DNA of 64,000 bases from an uncultured Actinomycetota bacterium (GTDB lineage Bacteria > Actinomycetota > Coriobacteriia > Anaerosomatales > JAGXFU01). The position numbers were made by a program, and so were the translations under genes. Numbering within the stretch: position 1 is the stretch's first letter; each line of letters starts with the position of its first letter. The notes under the pieces are model-generated. The model saw nothing but the letters and a program-made list of their open reading frames with translations. It did not search any database and was not told where the DNA came from. Location of the stretch: contig CAWBOJ010000007.1 of the NCBI GenBank assembly GCA_963790405.1, forward strand, positions 35,158-99,157. The letters are read 5' to 3'. Positions 43,397 through 53,744 of the stretch are shown in pieces.

Positions 43397-43489
43397 GTTC
43401 ACACAATGGTCGGGCTTAGTGGACGCGTTTGCAACTTCTGCGATTCGCTGACCGCTCTTCCCCACTGTCGCCGACGTCTGATCCGCGAA

Positions 43490-43517
43490 TTGCATCATGA
43501 CTTGTTAATGATATCAT
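43490..43517 (+). promoter_or_regulatory. Candidate sigma70-type promoter of fic (TTGCAT-16 nt-TATCAT) overlapping a GATATC palindrome.
   Basis: The sequence ttgcatcatgacttgttaatgatatcat lies about 40 nt upstream of the GGAGGAGG SD and the GTG at 43555. Confidence 0.35.
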
Positions 43518-43554
43518 CGGAGTGCCATGTGATTCATTCTTCGGAGGAGGCGCC

Positions 43555-44607
43555 GTGCGCGGATCTTTCGGCCCAAGCTATCTCGAGCTGATGACTGTGC
43601 CTATGTCCACGGTCCGCTCCATCGGTCTGCTCGGCGAGTACAAGGGCAAACAGCAGCTCTTCGAGAAGCAGTCGCCACAGATGCTGAGCGCACTGCGCGA
43701 AGCCGCGCGAGTCCAGAGCATCGAGTCGTCGAACAGGATCGAAGGCGTGGTGGCCGCCCCGGGGCGCGTTGCCGACCTTGCCGCCGAGAAGACGACACCC
43801 CGAGACCGATCCGAGCAAGAGATCGCCGGCTATCGCGACGTACTGTCCACGGTTCACGCGAACGCGCTCGGCATGGAACTCGCGGCCGGTCTGATACTCC
43901 AGCTCCATCGGGACATGTACCAGTTCTCCCCTGCCCCGGGCGGTGCGTGGAAAAGCACCCCGAACGATATCGTCGATGTCCTGCCCGACGGTGCGCACCG
44001 CCTGAGGTTCGCCCCTGTCGCGCCCGAGTTCGTTGATGCCGCAATGCACGAGCTGGTCACGGGCTACCGCTCCGTCGCGTCCGTCGCGCAGATCGACTCG
44101 CTGATCGCGGTCCCCGCCTTCGTGCTCGACTTCCTGTGCATCCATCCCTTCGCGGATGGCAACGGACGACTCTCTCGGATCCTGAACCTCATGCTGCTCT
44201 ACCAGTCGGGCTATGACGTCGGGCGCTACATCAGCCTCGAGAAGGTCATCGAGGACTCCAAGGAGACCTACTACGAGGCGCTCGAAGCGTCATCCGAGGG
44301 CTGGCATGAGGGACGGCACGACCTCGTGCCGTGGCTGCAGTACTCTCACGGCGTCCTCATCGCTGCGTACGTGGAGTTCGAGCAGCGGGTCGGGAAGATG
44401 GGGACCGGGCGCGGGGCGAAGCGCGAGATGGTCATCGACTGCATTCGGCATCTTCCGGCGACCTTCCGCTATGCCGACGTGGAACGAGCCTGTCCGGGTG
44501 TGAGTCGGCCCACTATCGTGAGGGTCCTCGGGGAGCTTCGGGACAAGGGCGAGATCCGATGCGTGAAGGGCGGGCGTGACGCGATGTGGGAGAGAATGGC
44601 TCAGTGA
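43555..44607 (+). CDS. Fic-family protein (class II, N-terminal inhibitory helix) with a C-terminal winged-helix-like domain.
   Basis: Fic motif HPFADGNGRLSRIL. Inhibitory motif S-x3-E-G in SIESSNRIEG. GTG at 43555 follows GGAGGAGG, and the ORF track has it open from 43522. Confidence 0.88.
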   Translation: MRGSFGPSYLELMTVPMSTVRSIGLLGEYKGKQQLFEKQSPQMLSALREAARVQSIESSNRIEGVVAAPGRVADLAAEKTTPRDRSEQEIAGYRDVLSTVHANALGMELAAGLILQLHRDMYQFSPAPGGAWKSTPNDIVDVLPDGAHRLRFAPVAPEFVDAAMHELVTGYRSVASVAQIDSLIAVPAFVLDFLCIHPFADGNGRLSRILNLMLLYQSGYDVGRYISLEKVIEDSKETYYEALEASSEGWHEGRHDLVPWLQYSHGVLIAAYVEFEQRVGKMGTGRGAKREMVIDCIRHLPATFRYADVERACPGVSRPTIVRVLGELRDKGEIRCVKGGRDAMWERMAQ

Positions 44608-44610
44608 GTC

Positions 44611-44648
44611 GTTAACGATATCACTAGATGGATACATGATATCGTTCG
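44611..44648. repeat. Perfect 10-bp inverted repeat AACGATATCA / TGATATCGTT (14-nt spacer) starting 4 nt after the fic stop.
   Basis: The sequence reads GTTAACGATATCACtagatggatACATGATATCGTTCG. The same core (GTTAATGATATCATC) occurs at 43504..43518. Confidence 0.7.
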
Positions 44649-44873
44649 CGGGCAGTACCGCCGATCCTTTTCAGGGCGTCCCACGTTCATCCTCTTCTCG
44701 GCGGACGCTGGTGGCCCCTGGAATGGTCAGAGCCGGTCTTCCTGATCTTCGGCCTGGACTTGGTCGCTCCTTCGCGCTGAGAAGCGCGCCGCCGCAGGCC
44801 AGACCACCTAACGAGGACGTGTTTGGAACCGCCCCGAGGCACGGGCCGCGGACATTCCCGCAGGTAGACGAAA

Positions 44874-44897
44874 CGAGGCACCCCGAAGGGTGCCTCG
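44874..44897 (-). terminator. Hairpin terminator downstream of tRNA-Pro (UUCG tetraloop, followed by TTTCGTCT).
   Basis: The plus strand reads CGAGGCACCC-CGAA-GGGTGCCTCG, 9 nt past the tRNA 3' end. It could also stop fic transcription from the other side. Confidence 0.55.
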
Positions 44898-44905
44898 AAT
44901 TTCGC

Positions 44906-45421
<516 letters not shown>

Positions 45422-45439
45422 AGTTGAATCCCTCTCGTC

Positions 45440-46662
45440 TCAGCCACGATGACGCGCACGAACCAGCGTCACCGTCTCATCGACAACCGCACGTGCGATC
45501 GCGCGCTTGCTCATCACAGGCAGCTCGCGTACGCCATCGGCATCCACGAGACTCACCTTGTTGTCATCGCCTCCGAATCCCAAGCCGGGACTCGAAACGT
45601 CGTTGGCCACGATCAGGTCCAGGTTCTTCTCGGCCAGCTTGGCCCGGGCGTACGACTCAACATCGTGTGTCTCGGCAGCGAAGCCGACGAGTATCCGATC
45701 CCCTTTGTCGGATCCAAGACCCGCAAGGATGTCCGGATTGCGCACGAGGGCGAGCGTCGACGGGGCGTCGTCCTTCTTCATCTTGCCCTCGACGCGGTGC
45801 AGCCGGCCGGAAGTCCGACGACCGCCGCGGTCGCGATCACCACTGCAGCATCCTCGTACGAGTCGCCTACCGCTGCTTCCATCTCGAGCGCCGTACGTAC
45901 ACGCACGATCGCCACACCGAACGGATCCGGCAGAGTGGTCGGGCCGCTCACGAGCGTCACGTCAGCGCCTCGGCGAGCGCATTCCTCGGCGATGGCGTAG
46001 CCGGTCTTGCCGCTCGACGGATTGCCGAGAAACCGCACCGCGATCGATCGGCTCGTGGGTCGGGCCGGCGGTCACGAGAACGCGCACGCCATCGAGGTCG
46101 CGGGAACGCCGCAGTTCTGCCGTGATCGCCGTCGTGGATGTCGGCGAGATCTGCCAGACGGCCCTCACCGGTGTCTCCGCAGGCGAGCTCGCCGGTGTCG
46201 GGCTCGATGATGATCGGCACCACGCTCCCGCAGGACCCGGAGATTCTCGCGCGTGGCCTCGTCGCGCCACATGTGCGTGTTCATCGCCGGAGCGATCACG
46301 AGCGGTGCCTCGGTCGCCAGCGCCGTGGTCGTGAGGATGTCGTCGGCACGCCCGCTGGCGAGCTTCGCGATCACGTTGGCGGTCGCAGGCGCGATCAGCA
46401 TCACGTCCGCTTCCTCGGCAAGTGAGATGTGGTGCACGGGCTCGGAGCCGGGATCGTCCCACAGCGACGTGGCCACAGGCTCGTCGGTGAGCGTGCGCAG
46501 CGTCAGCGGACCCACGAAATGCGTCGCCGCCTCGGTCATGACGGCCTTCACCCGCACGCCATCGCGCACGAGCATGCGCGCCAGCTCGCACGCCTTGTAG
46601 GCCGCGATACAGCCCGTGACGCCGAGCACGACCGTCTTGTCCGGATTCTCTTCCACGCACAC
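45440..46662 (-). pseudogene. coaBC: Bifunctional phosphopantothenoylcysteine decarboxylase / phosphopantothenate-cysteine ligase, with at least 4 frame changes.
   Basis: VVLGVTGCIAAYKACELARML..APAMNTHMW (ORF 46165..46662). ..GNPSSGKTGYAIAEECARRGADVTLVSGP (ORF 45778..46038). ..LVGFAAETHDVESYARAKLAEKNLDLIVANDV (ORF 45440..45781). Confidence 0.85.
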
Positions 46663-46795
46663 TCTTCTCAGTGTCCGGTGACCATGGCCGATTATCGCAC
46701 GTCATCGCTATACGTCGCCCGTGGAACGGGAATGTACACATGCGAGCACACTCGCCAATGCGGTGCTCGCGCCCCGTCATGAAGGAGGCCGGCAT

Positions 46796-48565
46796 ATGCC
46801 GACAGGCATACCTGAAGGAACGACCGAGGTCCGTATCCGCATCGGCGGTCCTGCGGGCTTCGGCATCAAGGCCGCGGGACAGTCGCTCGCACGAGTCTTC
46901 ATGCGCGCCGGCTACGAGACGTTCGACCTGACCGAGTACCCGTCGCTCATCAAAGGCGGCCACAACACCTACCACCTGCGCGTCAGCGACCGCCCGATCC
47001 ACAGCCACGTGCTCTCCACCGACATCCTGGTCGCACTCGACGACGACACCGTCCCGCTGCACATCGACGAACTCACCGAGGGCGCGGCGATCATCTACGA
47101 CCCCACGGACTTCGACATCGCTGACGTCGAAGGTGTCCCGGACGGGCTGTGCATCATCCCGGTCCCGCTGACCGACATCATCTACGAGGTCGGCGGACAG
47201 AAGATCATGCGCAACATCGTCGCACTCGGTGCGGTCCTCGGCCACATGGGATTCCCGCTGTCGTTCCTCGATGCGTCCGATCGACGAGCAGTTCTCCCAC
47301 AAGGCGCCCGAGATCGCCGAGGTCAACAAGGCGTGCGCCAAGGCCGGCTACGATCACGCCGCAGCGACACGGCTGCGCCTTCCCCTACGACATGCAACCG
47401 ATCGAAGGACGCGAGCCGACGGCATCCTCATCGACGGCAACGAGGCGCTCAGCCTGGGCGCGCTGGCCGCTGGTATCGGCTTCTACGCCGCCTACCCGAT
47501 GACGCCGGCCTCGAGCATCCTGCACTTCATGGCGCGCTACGGCGAGGACCGCGGCGTGGTCGTCAAGCACACCGAAGACGAGCTCGCGGCCATGAACATG
47601 GTCGTCGGCGCGGCCTTCGGCGGCGCGCGCGCCATGTGCGGCGACGTCCGGCGGCGGCTTCGCGCTGATGATCGAGGCGTTCGGCCTCGCCGGCGTGAGC
47701 GAGAGCGCTGTGGTGGTGTGCGTGTCGACCCGGCCCGGTCCCGCGACCGGGATGCCCACCTGGACCGAGCAGTCCGATCTGCGCTACGTCATCCATGCGG
47801 CGCAAGGCGAGTTCCCGCGCGTCGTGCTGGCGCCGGGCGATCGCGAAGATGCGTTCCGCATGGGCTGGCAGGCGTTCAACATCGCCGACCAGCTGCAGAC
47901 GCCGGTGCTCATCCTCGGCGATTCGTATCTGTCCGATCACCGTGCATCGGTCGCCGCCGTTCGATCTGGAAGCGGTCACGATCGATCGCGGCAAGCTCAT
48001 CACACACGGCGAGGTCACCGACTACCTGCGCTACGAAGTCACCGACGACGGCATCTCGCGAGCGCGCGCTTCCCGGCGTCAAAGGCGCCGAACAGGTCGT
48101 CAACTCCTACGAGCACGACGAGTACGGCTACGGAGCGCAGGGCGAGGACGCCGACGATGCGCCTGGCGCAGAACGAGAAGCGCATGCGCAAGTACGATCT
48201 GGCCCGCGAGATCGTCCCGCGCCCGCCGTACTACGGCCCCGAGCGAGGCCGATCTCTCCATCGTGCTGTTCGGCACCACGAAGATGCCGGTCCGCGAGGC
48301 GATGTGCGTGGCTCGCAGCCCGAGGGCATCGCGGTCAACATGATGCAGGTCGCGACCGTGTGGCCCTTCCCCGCCGAGGAGGTCGCGGCGTTCCTCGGCC
48401 GCGCGAAGCGCACGGCCGTCATCGAGGGCAACTTCACCGGCCAGCTGCAGTCGCTCGATCCGGCAGCAGTGTCTGCTCGATGTCGACCACACGCTGCACC
48501 GCTACGACGGGCGGCCGTTCTCGCCCGAACAGGTCTACGCGTTCGTGAAGGAGGTGCTCGGCTGA
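46796..48565 (+). pseudogene. korA: 2-oxoacid:ferredoxin oxidoreductase alpha subunit (gamma-alpha fused, OorA/KorA-type), with multiple frame changes.
   Basis: MPTGIPEGTTEVRIRIGGPAGFGIKAAGQSLARVFMRAGYETFDLTEYPSLIKGGHN.. (ORF 46721..47668). ..AAYPMTPASSILHFMA.. (ORF 47229..48548). ..STRPGPATGMPTWTEQSDL.. (ORF 47668..49389). The hand-read end is RYDGRPFSPEQVYAFVKEVLG*. Confidence 0.8.
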
Positions 48566-49453
48566 TGCCTGACGGTCAAGGACTACACGACCACCAACAA
48601 GCCGACCTGGTGTCCGGGGTGCGGCAACTACGGCATGTGGGAGGCGCTCAAACGCGCGCTGTCCGAGCTCGGACCTCGACTTCGACGAGTACTCGGTGGT
48701 GTGGGGCATCGGCTGCCACGGCAACGGCGCCGACTTCCTCAAGACGCAGGGCTTCCACGCGCTGCACGGTCGCGCGCTGCCCGTGGCGCACCGCGCTCAA
48801 GCTCGCACAGCCCGACCTCAAGGTGATCGTCGAATCCGGAGACGGCGACGGCTACGGGCTCGGCCTGGGCCACTTCGTGCACAGCGCTGCGCCGCAACAT
48901 CGACATGACCTACCTCGCGCACGACAACCAGATCTACGGGCTCACCACCGGACAGGCCTCCCCCACCTCGGACCATCTCATGCGAGCGTCTCGACCCCCA
49001 AGGGCGTGCTCGAGGAGCCGGTCAACCCGATCGGACTCGCGCTCGCCGAAGGCGCCACGTTCGTCGCGCGCGGATTCGCCGGCGACATCCCGCACCTGAC
49101 CGAGCTGTACAAGCAGGCGATCCAGCACCACGGATTCGCGCTCGTAGACGTGCTACCAGCCGTGCGTGACCTGGAACAAGCACAACACGTTCTCGTGGTT
49201 CCGCGAGCGCGTCTACAAGCTCGAGGAAACCGACTGGGACCCGACGCGATCGCACGCGGCATTCGAACTGTCGATGAAGGCGTTCCACGACCTGACCTGC
49301 ACGCCCGACGAGTGCCGGGTCCCCATCGGCGTCTACTACCGCGAGGAGGGCGTCGACACATACGAGGACGGCGTGACGGCATACGGTGAGCCACTCTACA
49401 AACAAGCCGAGAAGCCGCGGGACGTCCGCGACCTGCTCGACTCGTTTACCTAG
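48565..49453 (+). pseudogene. korB: 2-oxoacid:ferredoxin oxidoreductase beta subunit (TPP-binding), with multiple frame changes.
   Basis: The ATG overlaps the korA TGA. Hand translation gives ..KPTWCPGCGNYGMWEALKRAL.., ..GIGCHGNGADF.., ..ESGDGDGYGLGLGHF... The C-terminus is in ORF 49166..49453 (..VTWNKHNTFSWFRERVYKLEE..). Confidence 0.8.
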
Positions 49454-49469
49454 CTGCGAAAGACTCGGC

Positions 49470-50692
49470 CTACGTCAGTCCGAGCGTCTTTCCGGCTTCT
49501 TCGAACGCCGCGAGTGCCTGATCGATATCTTCGTCGGTGTGCGTCGCCATCAAACACGTGCGCAGGCGATCCATGCCCCGCGGCACCGCCGGGTGCACGA
49601 TCGGACACACGAAGATGCCTCGGTCGAACAGCATGCGCGTGAGATCCATCGTCTTGGCCTCGTCACCTACGAGCACCGGGACCACACACGTCGTCGAGTC
49701 CATCGTGTTCCAGCCCTGGGCCTTGAGCCCACTGATGTAGCGCTGGGTCACAGCGTGCAGATTCGTGACCCGCTCAGGCTCGCCTCTATCACATCGAAAG
49801 CCGCGATCGCCGCTGCCGTCTGTGCGGGCGGCAGAGCTGCCGAGAAGATGAACGGACGCGACATGTGCCGCTGGTAGTCGACGATCTCGTGTGTAGCTGC
49901 GAGATAGCCTCCGACCGACGGAATCGTCTTGGACAGCGTGCCCATCTTCAGGTCGATCACACCCGGCATGCCGAAGTGCTCCTCGATCCCGTGTCCGGTC
50001 GCACCAAGTCCTCCGATTGAATGTGCTTCGTCGACCATGAGACGAGCACCGTATTCGCGACACAACGCTACGGTCTTCGGCAGATCCATGATGTCGCCGT
50101 CCATCGAAAAGACCGAATCAGCCATCACGAGCACCGTGTTGTACTCGCCTGCAGCCTGCGCGAGCAGTTTCTCGAGATGATCCATGTCGTTGTGGCGATA
50201 CGTCCGCCATTTCGCGCCTGACAGCAACGCAGCATCAACGATCGACGCGTGATCGAGCTTGTCCATCAAGATGAGGTCACCGGGGCCGGTGAGCCCCGTG
50301 ACGATCGCGATATTCGTGACGTAACCGCTCGAGTACACGCATGCGTCTTCTCGGCCGGTGAACTCCGCGATGCGAGTCTCGAGCTGTTCGTGCAGATCGG
50401 TCGTGCCTGTGAGAAGGCGGACTCCACCGGCGCCGGTACCGTACTTCTCGATCGCCGCTTGTGCCGCCGCGTCGATGGCGGGATGGCCGATGAGACCCAG
50501 ATACGAGTAGGACGCAAGTTGCACCATGTCGCGACCGTCGGCCATGGTCACGCGGTGATTGGTCTGTCCGGTGGTGGCCTGCAAGTAGAAGTAGCGATCG
50601 GCAAGCTTCAGGCTTGTCCGACGCTCGAGGAACGCATCGACCCGTGCGGTGATCCCGTCCACAAGTCGGTCGGTCCGCTCGATCGTGTCCAT
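49470..50692 (-). pseudogene. Alpha-oxoamine synthase family PLP enzyme (Kbl/BioF/serine palmitoyltransferase-like), with one frame change near 49770.
   Basis: ORF 49748..50770 holds MDTIERT..ASYSYLGL..VMADSVFSMDGD..VDEAHSIG..GTLSKT (PLP lysine). The C-terminus is in ORF 49470..50063. Confidence 0.8.
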
Positions 50693-50922
50693 CCAATAGC
50701 CCCCTTTGTCCGCTGGCTCGCTGTCCCTTTCATGGGCAAGCCGGCTCGGTGTGTACACTTTTGTGTACACGGTACCCTAAAGCGTCTCGGGGGAACACCC
50801 ACCGCCTCACAACAAAGCGCTTTCCGCCCTGTGATGCACGGCCCTCAGTGCGCCACAAACGCACGAGTTCGGGTATATTGACTGCCATCAGATACGCCCA
50901 GGCCAACCCCAAGGAGAGCGCC

Positions 50923-51441
50923 TTGCCCGACGTATTGATGGTCATCGCACCGGAAGTCTTTCGCGACGAGGAATACACCCACCCGAGAGAAGTACTCGAG
51001 CGCCGCGGCGCGACGGTCATCACCGCAAGCACGCGCCCGGGACTGTGCACTGGCAAACTCGGGATGACGGTCACGGCGGATGCAGCGCTTGGTGATGTCG
51101 ACTCCGACGCGCTCGATGCCGTCGTGTTCGTGGGAGGCGGCGGGGCGCAGGTATTCTTCGATGACCCCAAGGCACATCAGCTCGCTCGGACACTCGCGGC
51201 GACGGGTCGCGTCGTAGCGGCGATCTGCATCGCACCTTCCACACTCGCGCACGCAGGTCTGCTCGCCGGCCGACGAGTCACCAGCTTCTCTTCGCAAGAG
51301 TTCGATCTTGATGCCCACGGAGCGATCTACACTGGCGAGCCGGTCGAAGTCGATGCGAATTTCATTACGGCCAACGGTCCTGAGGCCGCATACGCCTTCG
51401 GCGAGGCGATAGCGGATATGCTGAACCTGCCGGAAGGCTGA
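50923..51441 (+). CDS. DJ-1/PfpI-family protein.
   Basis: TTG start 5 nt after AAGGAG. ..DAVVFVGGGGAQ..VAAICIAPSTLAHAGLL (nucleophile-elbow Cys)..ITANGPEAAYAFG. The ORF track has it open from 50749. Confidence 0.8.
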   Translation: MPDVLMVIAPEVFRDEEYTHPREVLERRGATVITASTRPGLCTGKLGMTVTADAALGDVDSDALDAVVFVGGGGAQVFFDDPKAHQLARTLAATGRVVAAICIAPSTLAHAGLLAGRRVTSFSSQEFDLDAHGAIYTGEPVEVDANFITANGPEAAYAFGEAIADMLNLPEG

Positions 51442-51504
51442 GACCGGAGTCTCAATCCCCAGCCCCCCGCAGCATGAATGCCGACCCGTTCACGAGGAGG
51501 AACC

Positions 51505-52041
51505 ATGAAGATGTACCGCTGCCGCATCTGCGGCGAGACTTTCCTCGGCACTGAAGCACCGAGCCACTGCCCGTTCTGCGGCGCACATCGGGAATATTTC
51601 GTCGACACGACCGAATACCCCGAGGACATCAACGACGTCCATCTCACTGAAGTCGAGCGCGCAAACGTTGAGCAGGCCGTGGAGCTCGAACGTGGCAACT
51701 CCCGCTTCTACATGGCCATGGCCCAGCACCGCGACAACAAGAAGCTCGCGAGCGCATACAAGCGCCTTGCAAAGATCGAAGCCGAGCACGCTTCAGTGTT
51801 CTGCAAGCTCCTCGGCGTGACCAAGCCCTCGGACCTGCTCGATCCCAGTGATGCATCCGACGACTGGTGCGCCAACATTGAGGCGTCGATCGAGCGCGAG
51901 CAGCGGGCAAGCCGCTTCTACGCCGAGGTCGTGCAGCGCGCTACGAGCGAACGGGTCAAGGAAGTCTTCGCGTCGGTCAGCGAGATCGAAGCCGACCACA
52001 TCGAACTCGACCACGCCGCCAAGGGAGTCGCTGGCTGCTAA
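51505..52041 (+). CDS. Rubrerythrin-like protein with an N-terminal rubredoxin-type Cys4 site ('reverse' arrangement).
   Basis: MKMYRCRICG..CPFCG, followed by four ferritin-like helices bearing E / ExxH pairs (ELERGNSRFY, KIEAEHASVF, IEREQRASRFY, EIEADHIEL). SD is GAGGAGG. Confidence 0.8.
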   Translation: MKMYRCRICGETFLGTEAPSHCPFCGAHREYFVDTTEYPEDINDVHLTEVERANVEQAVELERGNSRFYMAMAQHRDNKKLASAYKRLAKIEAEHASVFCKLLGVTKPSDLLDPSDASDDWCANIEASIEREQRASRFYAEVVQRATSERVKEVFASVSEIEADHIELDHAAKGVAGC

Positions 52042-52053
52042 GAGAAGCCTCGT

Positions 52054-52824
52054 CTACAGCTCCTGGCGTTCGAAGATCCACGCAGCAAGCGCCACCGCAA
52101 GAACAGCGACCGCCACGGCAGCAAGCACCGGCCACAAGACATCGACCTGTTCGCCAGCCACTATTCTGTCTCCCGCACTGAGAAGGCCCGCGGGACTGTA
52201 GTTGCGGGTCGGACCCCATGCCGAGAGTATCGACACGACCAGGAACAGCCCGATACCCGCTCCTGCGGCGCCACCTTGGGAGCCTATCAAGGTAGACAGC
52301 AGCGCCATGCACGCGATGAGCATGGCCGCAAAAACGAACCACAGAGCAGTCGATGCAGCGAACTCACCGACCAGCGACGTGTCGAAGATGATTGCGGTCA
52401 CCCCGACGCACACCAGCGCACCTGCGAGTGTCGCACCGAGGAGCAACGTCCAGCTCGAGACCACCTTGGCAATGACCATGGCTGTCCTCGAGACAGGTTT
52501 CGTGAGCACGAGAATCGCAGTACCGGAGCGCTTCTCGGCAGCAATCATTCCGGCAGCAGCGATTATCACGGCGATAGTCGCCATCTGCATAGCGTTCTTG
52601 GAGAACTGCAAGTAGGCATCGCGTGTTACGGGATCCGGAATCTGGATGACGATCCCAGTTTGATCTGCAGGCATCAAGGAGGAAACCAATTCCGGTGTCA
52701 CCTTCGCAAGTATGGGGCTGCTGAGCCCGATGAAAACCAGAATCACGGGCAGAACCCAGATGCGCCACGTGCGGAAGATCTCCGAGAATTCCTTGCGAAG
52801 GAAGACGGCGAATCCGTGCATCAC
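52054..52824 (-). CDS. ABC-2-type exporter permease.
   Basis: Intact 256-aa ORF with 6 TM-like segments. Its start overlaps the stop of the upstream ATPase gene. Confidence 0.8.
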   Translation of the reverse strand: MMHGFAVFLRKEFSEIFRTWRIWVLPVILVFIGLSSPILAKVTPELVSSLMPADQTGIVIQIPDPVTRDAYLQFSKNAMQMATIAVIIAAAGMIAAEKRSGTAILVLTKPVSRTAMVIAKVVSSWTLLLGATLAGALVCVGVTAIIFDTSLVGEFAASTALWFVFAAMLIACMALLSTLIGSQGGAAGAGIGLFLVVSILSAWGPTRNYSPAGLLSAGDRIVAGEQVDVLWPVLAAVAVAVLAVALAAWIFERQEL

Positions 52825-53744
52825 GCCTCACCCCCAACGAGTTCGACGAAGACATCTTCGAGCGTGGGCTCCAGCTCGGCCATGCGCACCATAGATGCAC
52901 CGAGATCCGCTATGGTGCGCGGAATCTCACGTCTGGCCTCGGCGAGGTCACCTATCACGCAGGTGATCGTGCGTCCTTCGCGCGTGCACTCGCCAGACCA
53001 GGGCGCGTCGGCGAACTTCGACAAGACCTCTTCGGGACGATCGCTGATCTCAACCTGCACACGCGTAGCGGCGCCACTGTGCTTCAGCTCGTGAATCGGT
53101 GCCTCACGCACGACCCTTCCCTTGTCGAGAATCGCCACCGTGTCACACACACGCTCGACATCAGACAGGATGTGAGTCGAGAAGAACACCGTCGTTCGAT
53201 CCTTGAGCGCCAGAATCATATCGAGCACGTCCTTGCGTCCCATGGGATCGAGCGCACTCGTCGGCTCATCGAGCATCAGCAGCTTGGGCGCGTTGATGAG
53301 CGCCTGAGCCACGCCCAGACGCTGCTTCATGCCTCGCGAATAGCCGCCCACCTTAGTCTCCACGCCGGCCAGGCCGGCAAGATCGAGCAGCGAGTTGACC
53401 CGTGCGTCGAGATCGCCCCCTCTGAAGCCAAAGAGCTGCCCTGAGAAGCGCAAGAACTCCTCGGCGTTCATCCAGGCGTAGTAGCCCGGAACATCGGGCA
53501 GGAACCCGATATCCGCGCGCACCGAAGTCGAAGCACGGACCACGTCGTTGCCGAACACCCTCGCGGTGCCGCTTGTCGGGCGCGCCAGGCCCGTGAGTAC
53601 GCGAAGCGTCGTCGTCTTCCCTGCCCCGTTCGGGCCGAGGAATCCGTATACGGAGCCCTCCGGAACGGTTAGCGTGACGCCGTCGAGCGCACGCACGGCC
53701 CCGTAGACCTTCGTCAGCCCGGCAATCTCAATCGCGGCAGTCAT
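52821..53744 (-). CDS. ABC transporter ATP-binding protein.
   Basis: Walker A GPNGAGKTT, signature YSRGMKQRLGVA, Walker B LLMLDEP. Confidence 0.9.
   Translation of the reverse strand: MTAAIEIAGLTKVYGAVRALDGVTLTVPEGSVYGFLGPNGAGKTTTLRVLTGLARPTSGTARVFGNDVVRASTSVRADIGFLPDVPGYYAWMNAEEFLRFSGQLFGFRGGDLDARVNSLLDLAGLAGVETKVGGYSRGMKQRLGVAQALINAPKLLMLDEPTSALDPMGRKDVLDMILALKDRTTVFFSTHILSDVERVCDTVAILDKGRVVREAPIHELKHSGAATRVQVEISDRPEEVLSKFADAPWSGECTREGRTITCVIGDLAEARREIPRTIADLGASMVRMAELEPTLEDVFVELVGGEA

Noticed and set aside
43163-43591. 142-aa plus-strand ORF and 101-aa minus-strand ORF (43193..43498) in the fic upstream region, considered as a possible antitoxin or small protein.
   Set aside because: Both read straight through the GC hairpin, have no SD, and have Arg/Ser/Cys-rich non-protein-like composition. 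The Fic protein already contains its inhibitory motif, so no separate antitoxin is expected.
44649-44873. Possible SRP RNA / RNase P / tmRNA-like element next to tRNA-Pro (a ..CCAGGCCGAAGATCAGGAAGACCGG.. segment).
   Set aside because: The conserved SRP domain IV core (AGGUCCGGAAGGAAGCAGC-like), the RNase P GGAAAGUCCGG box and tmRNA ends are not present. The stretch is kept only as an unexplained non-coding finding.
45962-47341. 459-aa minus-strand ORF spanning the coaBC 5' part and the korA 5' part.
   Set aside because: It crosses a divergent promoter region and is out of frame with coaBC and antisense to korA. Its translation is Arg/Asp-rich with no recognisable domain.
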